DNA of 62,629 bases, the filler included, from Dimargaris cristalligena (Eukaryota): the NCBI GenBank assembly GCA_003614675.1. It is 2 parts of 2 records of this genome, joined end to end, with 100 filler letters (N's around TTAATTAATTAA, not from the genome) between each part and the next. Parts side by side here need not be neighbours in the genome. Positions count along the whole stretch, not along the records: positions 31,391 to 62,629 come from ML002445.1; 1 more part is not named here. One strand, written 5' to 3'. Shown in pieces: positions 37,252-47,381 of this stretch. The notes beneath the pieces were generated by a model. That model was not told the origin of the DNA. It was given only the letters and a program-made list of their open reading frames with translations, and searched no databases. Position 1 is the first letter of the stretch; each line of letters begins with the position of its first letter. Both the position numbers and the translations under genes were made by a program.

Positions 37252-37662
37252 TTAATTTTCACGATTTGCCGACTCATTCCGCCCTTCCTCCGCCTCGACC
37301 CGTTCGTTTTCTTCTTCATGTTCCTGATCGACAACTTCCTCTGGGCTATTGCTGGGACTATCGTGGGGGCCAACGAGTAGCCACTCGACGTAACGAAAGA
37401 CACACTCCTGTAATCCCTCGGCCGCGTCATTCAACAATTCGCAGGCCCGGTCTCTAACCCGTTCAACAGGTTCCAGGTCGGGTAGGGTGTAGGTTCGCGA
37501 CCAATAGATATCAATTTGGGGGATATTGTCCGGTTCCCCAGACAGGTTGGTGGTGGGCGAGTCAGGGAGAGAAGAGGCTGTCGGACTCGGGTTCATGGGT
37601 AAACCCAGGATACTGTCGAACCATAGGACACCAATAAACAGGGTTGCGTGTAATAATTTCAT
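37252..37662 (-). CDS. Small secreted acidic protein, 136 aa
   Basis: Signal peptide MKLLHATLFIGVLWFDSILG, two Cys, Glu-rich tail; TATAAA about 220 nt upstream. Confidence 0.65.
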   Translation of the reverse strand: MKLLHATLFIGVLWFDSILGLPMNPSPTASSLPDSPTTNLSGEPDNIPQIDIYWSRTYTLPDLEPVERVRDRACELLNDAAEGLQECVFRYVEWLLVGPHDSPSNSPEEVVDQEHEEENERVEAEEGRNESANREN

Positions 37663-38420
37663 TGTGGCAGTGAAGGGCTTGGGCTTTAAAGAAGTGGGAA
37701 TGTACTATAATAATTTGATTTAGTTTGGTATAGAATAGAATGTAATATAAATTTTAAAAATGATAGTTCGAATCAATTTAGGAAGTATATAGAAAAAATA
37801 ACCTATTTATAGTATAGTAGAAATGGTATTGCTGAACGAAAGAGGCGATTCCATCACGGATACGGATATCAAGCCGTATTTATAAACCTAAAATCCACCC
37901 TTAATCATTTAACCCCATGATAGCTCCCTAAACTCACCAAACTGAATGGGTCAGCAGCACCATCCCATATAGTTATTAGTTCTTCCGCCTTCCTACAAAT
38001 GATTCGACAGGGGGGAATGGAGGCTTCAAACTACACCTCCTCGTACCACTGTTAGCATGCTGTCCGCGTATGGTCTGGTAATACAAATGTGAGGGTCTAA
38101 GATATTACAACAGTGGTACTTTATAAACCACTATGATCCATCGAGCTATTCAGACCACTTCCACCCCGCCTGTACTACTAGACTAATCCAGTCCTCGAAG
38201 GTAAAACGATCAAAAGTGGCTCAAGTATGAAATTATTCTATATAAAAATTTGAGTGCTTTATTATAAACAGATTCTAATAAAAACGAAAGACGGAGAACA
38301 ATAACAATAATAATAATAATAATGAACAGGCTGTAGGCAATGCTAGTGGTTGAAATTGCAATACATAAAAAAAAGAGGGCCTGGCCGGTGGCTGGTTAGT
38401 TTAAGGCGCAGGCAATTATC

Positions 38421-39107
38421 TCAGTCACAACTACCATCAGCCGGGCCATCCCGCCACCGTTCGTCCACTTTAGCGCAATCAAACACCGGTTTCCCTAGCA
38501 TATCATTCACCTTATTATGGGTCTCGCACATCCACTGCGACAGTTCGTGGCGCGACTCCACGCGGGGCGGGTCGATGTCCATTTCGGCCCGTAAATGGCT
38601 GGCGCAGTAGCCGCACGGGTAGAAGCGGGCAAATTTGTTCAATAATGTGCGCATGTCTTTCTGGTCCTGGGGGTCGGGCTGCTTGGGATAATAGGCGGCC
38701 ATGCTGTGGAGGAAGGTCCAGGTGGAGCGACCGAGTACTTGGGAATCCGGGGGACATTCGCTGGAGGGTTGAGTCGTGGACGAAGACAGGGCTGCCCCAG
38801 CTAGCCCTGCGGCAGAACCCACCGTTGCCGCTGAAGACTGCTTGGTACTGGAAGCACCGGTCGTAGAAGACGACGGGTCCCGCTGTTGGGAAGCCGTCGG
38901 CCCGGCGTTGGTAGGGGGAGTAGGCGTAGTGGTGGTGGTGGTAGTTGTTGTTGTTGTTCGCCGAGTCGATGTCGCAGACTGTGGTGGCGGGGTTTGGGGG
39001 GCGGCCGCCTCCTTCCGCTTCTTCTTCCTTGTCCAACTTTGGAAATCGGTACAAACCCGGCAATTCTCCTCCGGTGGGGGAAGCAAATCGGAGCCGCGCG
39101 CAACCAT
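38421..39107 (-). CDS. ERV1: Mitochondrial FAD-linked sulfhydryl oxidase Erv1/ALR
   Basis: CRVC shuttle motif, CPPD..LGRSTWTFLH, CGYC active site, HNKVN..LGKP.FDC. Confidence 0.95.
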   Translation of the reverse strand: MVARGSDLLPPPEENCRVCTDFQSWTRKKKRKEAAAPQTPPPQSATSTRRTTTTTTTTTTTPTPPTNAGPTASQQRDPSSSTTGASSTKQSSAATVGSAAGLAGAALSSSTTQPSSECPPDSQVLGRSTWTFLHSMAAYYPKQPDPQDQKDMRTLLNKFARFYPCGYCASHLRAEMDIDPPRVESRHELSQWMCETHNKVNDMLGKPVFDCAKVDERWRDGPADGSCD

Positions 39108-40979
39108 GGCGAAACAGGTAGAGAAGCGTGGGTGGGTGGGTGTTGTGGGGAACTAGAGAGTGGTATAAGTTAAATACGTAGGACGGTCAAATTTTTAGGA
39201 GAGAGGTGGGCCAAAAGAAGCGAATCATATACAACCAAAGGTGTAACCAAGAGAGGAGCGAGGGGGAGAGGCTTGAAACGAGCAGACCTGTTGGTTTTGA
39301 AACAGAATGAGGTCTATATGGCGAGTCGATTGGTGGGCAAGTTGCTTAATAAAAAAAAGCCAACCTGGAGGGGGAGAGGGGGTCATACAGCAAAGGAATG
39401 TACGTCGTCCTTGCTTACTAAGCCCGTTCTAACTAACGAATATCTTTCGGTGGCAAAAGTAATGTTTCGATCCTCGCAATTCTCACTATCTAGGAATTAA
39501 TTTAAGCCATGGAGGAAAAGTTGGGTCGTAAAGTGCTCTTCTCCAGCACCTGAACACGTCAGTCTACGATTCAATTCCGCAGCAACTCAACCCAATACAA
39601 CCTAACCGAGTGCTTTAGAAGTTCCATATTTCGTCGAATTATGTATTGGTCGCAGCTAATTAAATCCGGTATTCATAAACATAGTGTCTCATCTCTCCAT
39701 TACAGAGACAGCTGAATATACGAGCTATTCCATGGATTTGTAATTCGAATTTATTAATAGTATACACATTAGCCAAGCGAAAGAATTGAATAGATGGCAC
39801 ACGAAAGCGGTCTACATTCTAATTTCGACGGGACGGCTAAGTGGAGGGGCGGGAGAGGATACACCTCTACGACAAACCGGGTAGTGGATAATACATTCAA
39901 TAAAAAACCACATGTACATTAGCGGGTGGGAGAGACAGAGGTGATATATATATATATATTATACTCGACTGGTCGGCTGTGCCGGAAAGATCAGAATTAG
40001 CATGAAATAGCCCACAGGGTCCTCCAGATGGCATTCAACCCGGTGACAGTCGCCCACTGCGATAAGTGCAATGCAATCGACGGGTCAACGGGACTGGCCA
40101 TGGGACTAGGTTAAATTAGTTTGTTCATCATTTCAGAAACATCGGAGTCGCCCGCACAACAGCATGTGGGACAACAAACCCTGGCACCACCACCACCCCA
40201 GCATGCGAGCAGAACTAGGGATTTTATATCTCGCATTTCAAGCGGTTGCAGAGACATGGCTCTTCACAGCGGGCTTACCTTTAGTAATTATGGTCTACGG
40301 TTGATTCTATAGAATAGGAGAAATGTATGAAGCAAGCCGTAAACAAGTAGTGGTATAATAACCAACCGAGAGAGAAGTGAACTCAAAGGAAAATTGGCTG
40401 GGATAATAACCCTGAAGCTGAGAGATTATAAATCCTGAATTAAGAATGAAGCACGTGACTAGTCCACGACAAATGCCAGATCCAAGCGAACTATGAAATG
40501 TTTAATCCCGGAATAGTATTTCCAGGTCACTAAAATAGACCAAAAAACCTTACGCATCATGCTTTTTGTGGCCCCTGCTTCCTTCGCACACTATATCCTT
40601 TATCTAGTCTAACCTTGCCAAATGTCACACAATTTAATTATTATATCAGTCTTTGAATAAGGCCAAAAAAAAATCATGCTAGCAAAATTCATGAGTTGGG
40701 CGAGACAAAGCAACGATTAATGCCAAATAACAATAGTATAATAATAATAATAAAATAATATAAGGATTACAGCCCAGGGATACTATATCAGTATATTTAT
40801 GGGATTGTAAAGCTAACCAACTCAAAATAATATTAAGAATGTATAATGTATAGTCGAAAAATCACCAATAGGGCCTATATATGTATATAAAATTAAAATA
40901 AAAAGGAGGAGGAGGAGGGAGGATCCACTAGGGCAATTAAAAATGAAGTAGGGGGGATATTAAGGTGACGTTCATTTTG

Positions 40980-41004
40980 AATAATAATAATAATAATAAT
41001 AATA
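40980..41004. repeat. (AAT)n microsatellite
   Basis: Direct inspection. Confidence 0.85.
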
Positions 41005-41318
41005 ATCGTGATATTAATTAAGGTCTCTTACGACTAGTGTAGAAAGAGGCCGGAGGGTATTGCCGACAACGATAGTAGAGTAAACCATAGCACAACAAAC
41101 CCGACCAGCGAAACACCCGACTCGGATATCGACCTGTCCCCCCGCCGCCTCCTCCTCTTCCTCCTCCTATTACTACACTTCGTCTCCCGGGACCCTCTAC
41201 AGAAAAGTACGAGTCTAATGGTCCCGTAATAAAACTTATTAAAGTAATTCGGAGTAAGAATGGGCGGGAGCGCAGCGCTGAATCCGAGAAAGAGGTGGTC
41301 GAAGTGGTGGCGGTAGGA

Positions 41319-44300
41319 TTATTCAGGGGACGGAAAGGACAATTCTTCAAAGGGGTCCCCATCAACTGATTCCAGGTAGTCGGTAGCCAAGTGGGGAAGG
41401 GGGGTTGGTCTGGGCCGCACCAGAGACGACAGTGTCAAAACCGCTGGAGCTGGTGATACACCACCACCGCTATTACTGCCATTGCCACCACTACTACCAC
41501 CACCGCCATCACGATAGGAGCGACCACGGCCATTACTATGATGGTGGCCATTGGCTGTCTCAGCAGGCACACCCGTATTCGAGCACGAGTCAGAAGTAGT
41601 GATTCCGTTCAGTGGCATATCTCTAGAGTCTGATTCCGTAGAGCGTTGATAAGATGGTCCTGTCGAAGAAGATGCCAACGATACGGACGAGGAGGTCTGC
41701 GTATGGCGCCGCCGACTATTACGGGAGTGCGGCTTAGTTCGCTTTTCCGGGGGGTTACTACTACTACGGTCCGTCCGAACATGATCAGCATTATTATTAT
41801 CCACCGGTGGTGACGGATCCTGGTGATGAGCGGCCACCATGACGTATTCATCGTCCATTAATTCGGGTTCCGGCTCAGTCAGATTCCGACGACTGCTGCC
41901 ACCATCGTTATTTTCCAAGGTAGTAGTGGTCGTGTGGGTGGTGAGCTTAGCTGGGTAGTGGGGGATGGCTGGTCCCGTAGTCACATTGCTGCAATCAGGA
42001 AGGTCCCCTCCTCCTCGCCCCCCGTTGATGACCGTCGCCAACAAATACGGCGGTGTGGACATCGAGTGCGGCAGAATTGAGGTGACCGCCGCCGCGGCTG
42101 CGGCCAGGGACGATGATTGCGGAGGATGGACGGAACTTAAAGTCGGCAATCCATTGTTGGATGTTGAGGCTAAGGACGACGCGGCTGTAGTTGTTGCTGC
42201 CGTAACTGATAATAATGATGACGATGACGATGCCGTCAAGCGTGGGTGTGTGTCAGGTGAAGTCAGGAGGGGTTCATCATCTCCCCCAGGCCCCGAAAAT
42301 TCCATTTCAAACTGACCATCGGTGGGTGAAAACAACCCAGTAGCGGGGACCCCCCGGACCTGAATACCCACCGAACTAGGGGGCAAGGCCGGGGCCGATT
42401 TCATGCGCGAGTGGCGCCCGGCCCGCTTATGCCCGCCCCCCATCCCATGCAGGACCTGGTGCATTAGGGAAGCGCTACTATGGTTAGCTCTATCGGAACC
42501 GCCTGAAGTACCTTCCTCACCGTTCACCCCCGCCGATTGGATGGGGGGTAGGGATACAGATGAAGATGAAGATAAGGATGAAGATGAGGATGAGGAAGGG
42601 TTCGACGAGGGCCGCCCGGAACTTTTCGCAGTCCGCCGGTTCGCAGCATCGGCTTTCAACGGGTTAATATCTTCCGCCAGGGTTTCCGGTTTAGGAACCG
42701 ATCGGGGTCGGACGAGTACCGGCGGATACAACGGCACGGTTGACTGGTCGGGAATACCGGCCCGTTTGAAGAACTCCATCTTAATTTGTTGCTCTCGTTG
42801 GATCTCGTTGAGGGTATCACTTTCGTAGTCGTTGGACGGGCGCCGTTGTTTCGCTGAAGGGTGCGAGGACTGGGATTGGGATTGGGATTGGGATTGGGAT
42901 TGGGATTGGGATTGGGATTGGGATTGGGATTGGGATTGGGATTGGGAGTGAGGCCCCGTCAACGCTAGAAAATGAGATGGTCTCCCGTTCTCACCGGTAT
43001 GATCATTATCATTATCATCACCATCATTGCCATCATCCTTTAAGCCCCTGGAGTGGGGGGTAGTTGGGCTGTCAAGGGGATGCGCCCCGCCGCCACTGGT
43101 ATATCGCCGTTCACTTGCTTTACGGGCCGCTTTCTTTCCGTATACCTTCTTATCAATGGCCACGGGTTTAGCTCCCTCGCCCTCGCCCTCTCCTTCTTCT
43201 TCAATGGAAGAGGGGAAGGATGGCAATGGAATAGGGGATACCAAATCGGCTGGATCGCCGGATGAACAGTCCATATCCCCACCTTCCGAAGTTTCGGGAA
43301 CAACCTCGTCCATCGGTGGAACATCATCCGGGTCCATCCGATGGTGTTCGGGGCCCACCGCCGTCATGGGGGAAGCCGGTAATGATTTCGACGTGGGCAT
43401 GGCCGCTGAATTAGAGGTAGTGGGTGACGAAGCAAGAGACGCCCCGCTCAGTTTTGCCGGTTTAATGATCCCGACACTCTTGACCCGTTTCCGACGTGAC
43501 CCGGGACCGCGTTTGCGGATCGTTCGGGAATTCGGTTTACTTCCGGATTCGCCTTTCTGGGCTTCATCGTCCTCTCCTTCCCCTTCGTCGCCCCCGCCAC
43601 CGCTGTCGACGCTGATCCCGAAGCCCAGGCAGTAGGCGAAGAGGGATCCCACGTCGATACTCTTTTCATCTAATTGGATCCCCCGAATAGGTTCCTGGGG
43701 GTTCTGGGTACCCCGGGTGCCGAGCATTCCTTCCTGGGTATTGGGCAGCGTGCGGCGGTTCAGGTAATTGTTGGCATATTCCTCCGGCATCCGGATCGTA
43801 AGGGGGGAGAAGTAGGGTAGGGGTGGTTGGCAGGCGAACGCTTTACGCTCGAAATTGACCAGTTCGAAGCTGGTCCACGGCTCAATCTGGACGTACGTTT
43901 TCCGAAGTAATTCGGGGAGGAAATTACGCCACCCCGGGATCTCCCGGGCGGTCTGGGTCCAGTGGCGACTGAACGCATAGTGGGGCCAGAAGCCGGCCTG
44001 GGCCCGGGGCAACGAGCCGCCGTGATCAGTCAATAGGGAGGAGGGTGGATAAGGGGATTCGGGTACCGAGGAGTCCCCCCCTCCCTCCTTTTCCATCGAT
44101 CCGGCGGAGTAGTAGTAGTAGTGGTGGTGGTCAAGAGGGTGGAGGTGGGGGGAAACTGCTCGGGCCCGGCTGATCGTGATAGGTCGGGCCGATGAGGTCG
44201 TTTCGGTCGTTGGGTTCGATTCAGGCTGGGCCAGTGGCCGTGGGGTTAAGGTTGCTACGGGAGTCTGCGGATGAAGCGATAAGTCCTTTAGCGAATCGGT

Positions 44301-47300
44301 TAGGGATGGCGAGTGGGGGGGATCGGCTGGGATTGGGGTCGGTTGACTTTCACCTATTGCGCCCGTTTTGTCGGTGGGTTCGATCGGAGAGGGGTTGTTA
44401 GTATTGCCCTCGGAGTGGATAGCAGAAGCCTCATTCGCTTTAGTTGAACCGAAGTCTGGGGAAACCACCGGCTCCCCATGGGTCTCCGCCGACGGGGGTG
44501 AACCGGCCGGAGTCGGTAACGAGTTACGGTGGGAGAGGGGCTTGTCACCGCCCTCGGTCGTCTCGGGCGGAGCAGTCCTACGGGACGACTCTACCGGTGG
44601 GGCAACTTCGGATTCACCGGTGGATTCAGAGGGTGTTCCGCCGCCATTAATATTCGGTCCATCACCCGTCCCGGTGGGTGCCGTTGGTGACGGAGTAACC
44701 ACATCCGTAATCAAGGGGTGGGCGGTCGACTGGTCCGGGGCCACTGGAGTCGACTGCTGAAGGCCCGCCAAAGCCTCACTCCACCGGTGGCCGGTGGAAT
44801 CATCCATCGGCAGGGAAAGCGGACGGGGCGGGGGATGGTGTACCGAATAGTGCTGGAAACGCAAGGTCGATGAATCCAGCGATGACGCAGACGCGGGTTC
44901 GGAGGAAGGGGCCGACGAAAAATAATGAAACCCCCCACCACTACTACCGCCACCTCCGTGTAGGCGTTGTAAATGCAACTGATACTGGTGGTGGATGTCT
45001 ACTTCGGCGGTATCCATACTAAGTCGGAAAGTGTTGAGGATAAGCAGGGAAGTGCCGCGTAAGGAATTGGACGGCAAATTATTTTGGCAGACGGCGATGA
45101 GACGTTCGATGAAATGGCATGTGTGAATAAGGTGAAGGAGGATTTCGTTGTCATGACCGAAAATAATTGGGATTGCCGAAGGAGGGGTAATGGCGGTGGC
45201 CGATGTTGCTGCCGCTGCAAGGTGGGGAGGAGGGGACAGTAGGCCACTGCCAAGTGATCCCGGTTGGCTATGGCTGTGGTGGTGGTAGCTTGAGCCTGAG
45301 GTAGGAGAGGAGGCGAGTGGTGGCGGTACTTGTCCGGATAGTGGGGAAGCCGAAGCCGCGGCAGCCATGCTAAGAATGCGGTTGAGACTGGTGGGTAGGG
45401 GTGCCGGGCCAATACCAGTGCCTCCACTCAGCGACGAAATACTGGGTCGTTTCTTGTGGCGATGGGGGGTATTCGTAGTCGAAGCGGGGGCCGATGCGGT
45501 AACCCCTTCCATCAAGTCCGCCGGGTGGGACGACCGCAGCGGGCCGTAACTGCCGCGGCGGTCCAGGGATCGGGCTAGACCCGGTTCAATATCGGAGTCC
45601 GAGTTCCGGTCGGCGGTGGGGGGTGTCATTGATTCACTCACGTAGCCCGTCAGATTCTGGGAGCTGTGTACCAACAGGGCCACCAGCTTATAGAGCAGTG
45701 ATTGGAGCTGGCTATTGGACGTGTGGATGAAGTAGAGGTCGACCAGACGGGTCCAGAACCGGAGATCGATGGAGCGCAGGACGCTGTCCAGGTGGTCGGT
45801 TTCCACCAAGACCTGATAGATGATTTCGATGATTTGGAGGTGTTTGTAATCGAAGGGTACGGGGGAGGGGCCGTTGTCCCCGGGTGCTGCCGCGGCGTCA
45901 GGGTGGCTGGCTTCACGGGCTTTTTCGGAGGGGGTAAATCCCCCCCGGGCCACAATGAGTTGGCAGAGCTGGGGCACGTGGTCGGTCAATTCCCGGCGTA
46001 CGAATAGGCCCAGGGGAATCAGACTATTCTGGGGACCGAACTGGGGTTCGATATGCCGGACATTTTGGCGCTGACGGACCCACCGTCCGTAACAGCAGGT
46101 CGTTTTGCGCATCAGGGTGGCCAGAATATCGATACAGCAGCTGGCCAGGGCATCGCCCGGGGGTCGCTGGTTAATATTCGAAATCAGGATGGTGGTGTAG
46201 GAGATGGGGGTGAATTGGTTCAATTCCCAGCCGTAGAAGAGTAGATCGAGGCGCGGTAGGTTGTAATGGCCGTCGATGAGGGTGGTCAAGAAATCGGCGG
46301 CACCCTGGTAGATGAGCGGATGCCAGCGGCCGTCCAGCATCATGAAGAGAAAGTCGGTGAAGCCCTCGTCGCGCAGGTGATCAAAACGCTCCCGGTACAC
46401 GTTGGGGGTGGACCGGCGTACGACCACGTGGGTGACAAAATCCAGGATGGGGGGGGAGTACAGGTAGGGTAAAGCGCCGAACAGCAGGGGCATCTGGTGG
46501 GGCATACTGCGGAACCGTTTGATGAACATGTCGACGGCCGGCGAGTGGGTCGCCTCGACCTGACCCAGATAGACGGGATCGGTAGTGGGACTGGACCCGT
46601 CTTCCTCCCCGGGGGGATAGATAGGGCTGGCCACGACGTGATTGGTGTTATTAGTAGTATTAGTATTCACGGTCAGGAGGCACTGCAGCGTGCGCTCGGC
46701 GTAAGTGTCGAGGAAATATTTGGTAAGTTTACGGAAATGGTAGAAATTACCCCGGGCCTCGGGATCGAATATTTCGAACAGGGTACACAGAATGACGTCG
46801 AGTTTCTGGAGGGCGATGCTATTGCTATTGATATTGGTGCTGGTCGACAAGGCCTGGGCGGCCGAATAGGATTGTTTCATGGCCTCCGGGTCGGTCCACG
46901 TCCGGTGGGGCAGCGGGAACATGTCCAGGAGGGCGGCGAGCCGATAGCCCCGGGTGGCAGGGGTCTGGTGGGGCTGACACAGCGGACGGGGGCTGAGGAC
47001 GATGAAATTAATGTACATTTCGGTGATGCCATCGAGCTGGAGGTATTCGACGAGTTTGGTGGAGATTTGGGGGTCGTCAAGTTTGAGGAAGCGGGCTAGA
47101 ATGGCCTGGGCGGCATTTTGGGGGATCCCTCGGGGAAGTTCCCGGGGTTTGGGAGCGGGCTGGATACTCCGAAACAAAGGCCGGTGGTGGGGGGTGGAGG
47201 AAGGCAGGGCGGGGGATGATGACGGGGTTTCACGGTCGCCGTCGGGGACAGCCCGGGGACGGTCTGTCTGGGGGGGATTCGTGCTGGAGAGGGCGGGAGG

Positions 47301-47381
47301 GGGAGGAGACCGAGGAGGTGAGGCAGGGTTCCGATGGGAGGGAAATGCGTCGTTGATGAGGACGGGACTGGACTGTTCCAT
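41319..47381 (-). CDS. 2020-aa protein, SIT4/PP6-associated (SAPS)-like helical core with long disordered inserts
   Basis: Uninterrupted ORF; FWTRLVDLYFIHTSNSQLQSLLYKLV and LRGTSLLILN loosely match the SAPS motifs LFF.Y.WNNFLH and YMGHL..I.N; family call tentative. Confidence 0.55.
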   Translation of the reverse strand: MEQSSPVLINDAFPSHRNPASPPRSPPPPALSSTNPPQTDRPRAVPDGDRETPSSSPALPSSTPHHRPLFRSIQPAPKPRELPRGIPQNAAQAILARFLKLDDPQISTKLVEYLQLDGITEMYINFIVLSPRPLCQPHQTPATRGYRLAALLDMFPLPHRTWTDPEAMKQSYSAAQALSTSTNINSNSIALQKLDVILCTLFEIFDPEARGNFYHFRKLTKYFLDTYAERTLQCLLTVNTNTTNNTNHVVASPIYPPGEEDGSSPTTDPVYLGQVEATHSPAVDMFIKRFRSMPHQMPLLFGALPYLYSPPILDFVTHVVVRRSTPNVYRERFDHLRDEGFTDFLFMMLDGRWHPLIYQGAADFLTTLIDGHYNLPRLDLLFYGWELNQFTPISYTTILISNINQRPPGDALASCCIDILATLMRKTTCCYGRWVRQRQNVRHIEPQFGPQNSLIPLGLFVRRELTDHVPQLCQLIVARGGFTPSEKAREASHPDAAAAPGDNGPSPVPFDYKHLQIIEIIYQVLVETDHLDSVLRSIDLRFWTRLVDLYFIHTSNSQLQSLLYKLVALLVHSSQNLTGYVSESMTPPTADRNSDSDIEPGLARSLDRRGSYGPLRSSHPADLMEGVTASAPASTTNTPHRHKKRPSISSLSGGTGIGPAPLPTSLNRILSMAAAASASPLSGQVPPPLASSPTSGSSYHHHSHSQPGSLGSGLLSPPPHLAAAATSATAITPPSAIPIIFGHDNEILLHLIHTCHFIERLIAVCQNNLPSNSLRGTSLLILNTFRLSMDTAEVDIHHQYQLHLQRLHGGGGSSGGGFHYFSSAPSSEPASASSLDSSTLRFQHYSVHHPPPRPLSLPMDDSTGHRWSEALAGLQQSTPVAPDQSTAHPLITDVVTPSPTAPTGTGDGPNINGGGTPSESTGESEVAPPVESSRRTAPPETTEGGDKPLSHRNSLPTPAGSPPSAETHGEPVVSPDFGSTKANEASAIHSEGNTNNPSPIEPTDKTGAIGESQPTPIPADPPHSPSLTDSLKDLSLHPQTPVATLTPRPLAQPESNPTTETTSSARPITISRARAVSPHLHPLDHHHYYYYSAGSMEKEGGGDSSVPESPYPPSSLLTDHGGSLPRAQAGFWPHYAFSRHWTQTAREIPGWRNFLPELLRKTYVQIEPWTSFELVNFERKAFACQPPLPYFSPLTIRMPEEYANNYLNRRTLPNTQEGMLGTRGTQNPQEPIRGIQLDEKSIDVGSLFAYCLGFGISVDSGGGGDEGEGEDDEAQKGESGSKPNSRTIRKRGPGSRRKRVKSVGIIKPAKLSGASLASSPTTSNSAAMPTSKSLPASPMTAVGPEHHRMDPDDVPPMDEVVPETSEGGDMDCSSGDPADLVSPIPLPSFPSSIEEEGEGEGEGAKPVAIDKKVYGKKAARKASERRYTSGGGAHPLDSPTTPHSRGLKDDGNDGDDNDNDHTGENGRPSHFLALTGPHSQSQSQSQSQSQSQSQSQSQSQSQSQSSHPSAKQRRPSNDYESDTLNEIQREQQIKMEFFKRAGIPDQSTVPLYPPVLVRPRSVPKPETLAEDINPLKADAANRRTAKSSGRPSSNPSSSSSSSLSSSSSVSLPPIQSAGVNGEEGTSGGSDRANHSSASLMHQVLHGMGGGHKRAGRHSRMKSAPALPPSSVGIQVRGVPATGLFSPTDGQFEMEFSGPGGDDEPLLTSPDTHPRLTASSSSSLLSVTAATTTAASSLASTSNNGLPTLSSVHPPQSSSLAAAAAAVTSILPHSMSTPPYLLATVINGGRGGGDLPDCSNVTTGPAIPHYPAKLTTHTTTTTLENNDGGSSRRNLTEPEPELMDDEYVMVAAHHQDPSPPVDNNNADHVRTDRSSSNPPEKRTKPHSRNSRRRHTQTSSSVSLASSSTGPSYQRSTESDSRDMPLNGITTSDSCSNTGVPAETANGHHHSNGRGRSYRDGGGGSSGGNGSNSGGGVSPAPAVLTLSSLVRPRPTPLPHLATDYLESVDGDPFEELSFPSPE
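42871..42947. repeat. Coding (TGGGAT)12 hexamer repeat encoding (Ser-Gln)n
   Basis: 12 perfect units counted. Confidence 0.95.

Noticed and set aside
40064..40073. ATTGCAC (U1A-binding loop) on the minus strand suggesting U1 snRNA
   Set aside because: No ATACTTACC 5' end or Sm site nearby
42871..42947. (TGGGAT)n as a telomeric or CRISPR-like array
   Set aside because: In-frame coding microsatellite with no spacers, in a eukaryotic context
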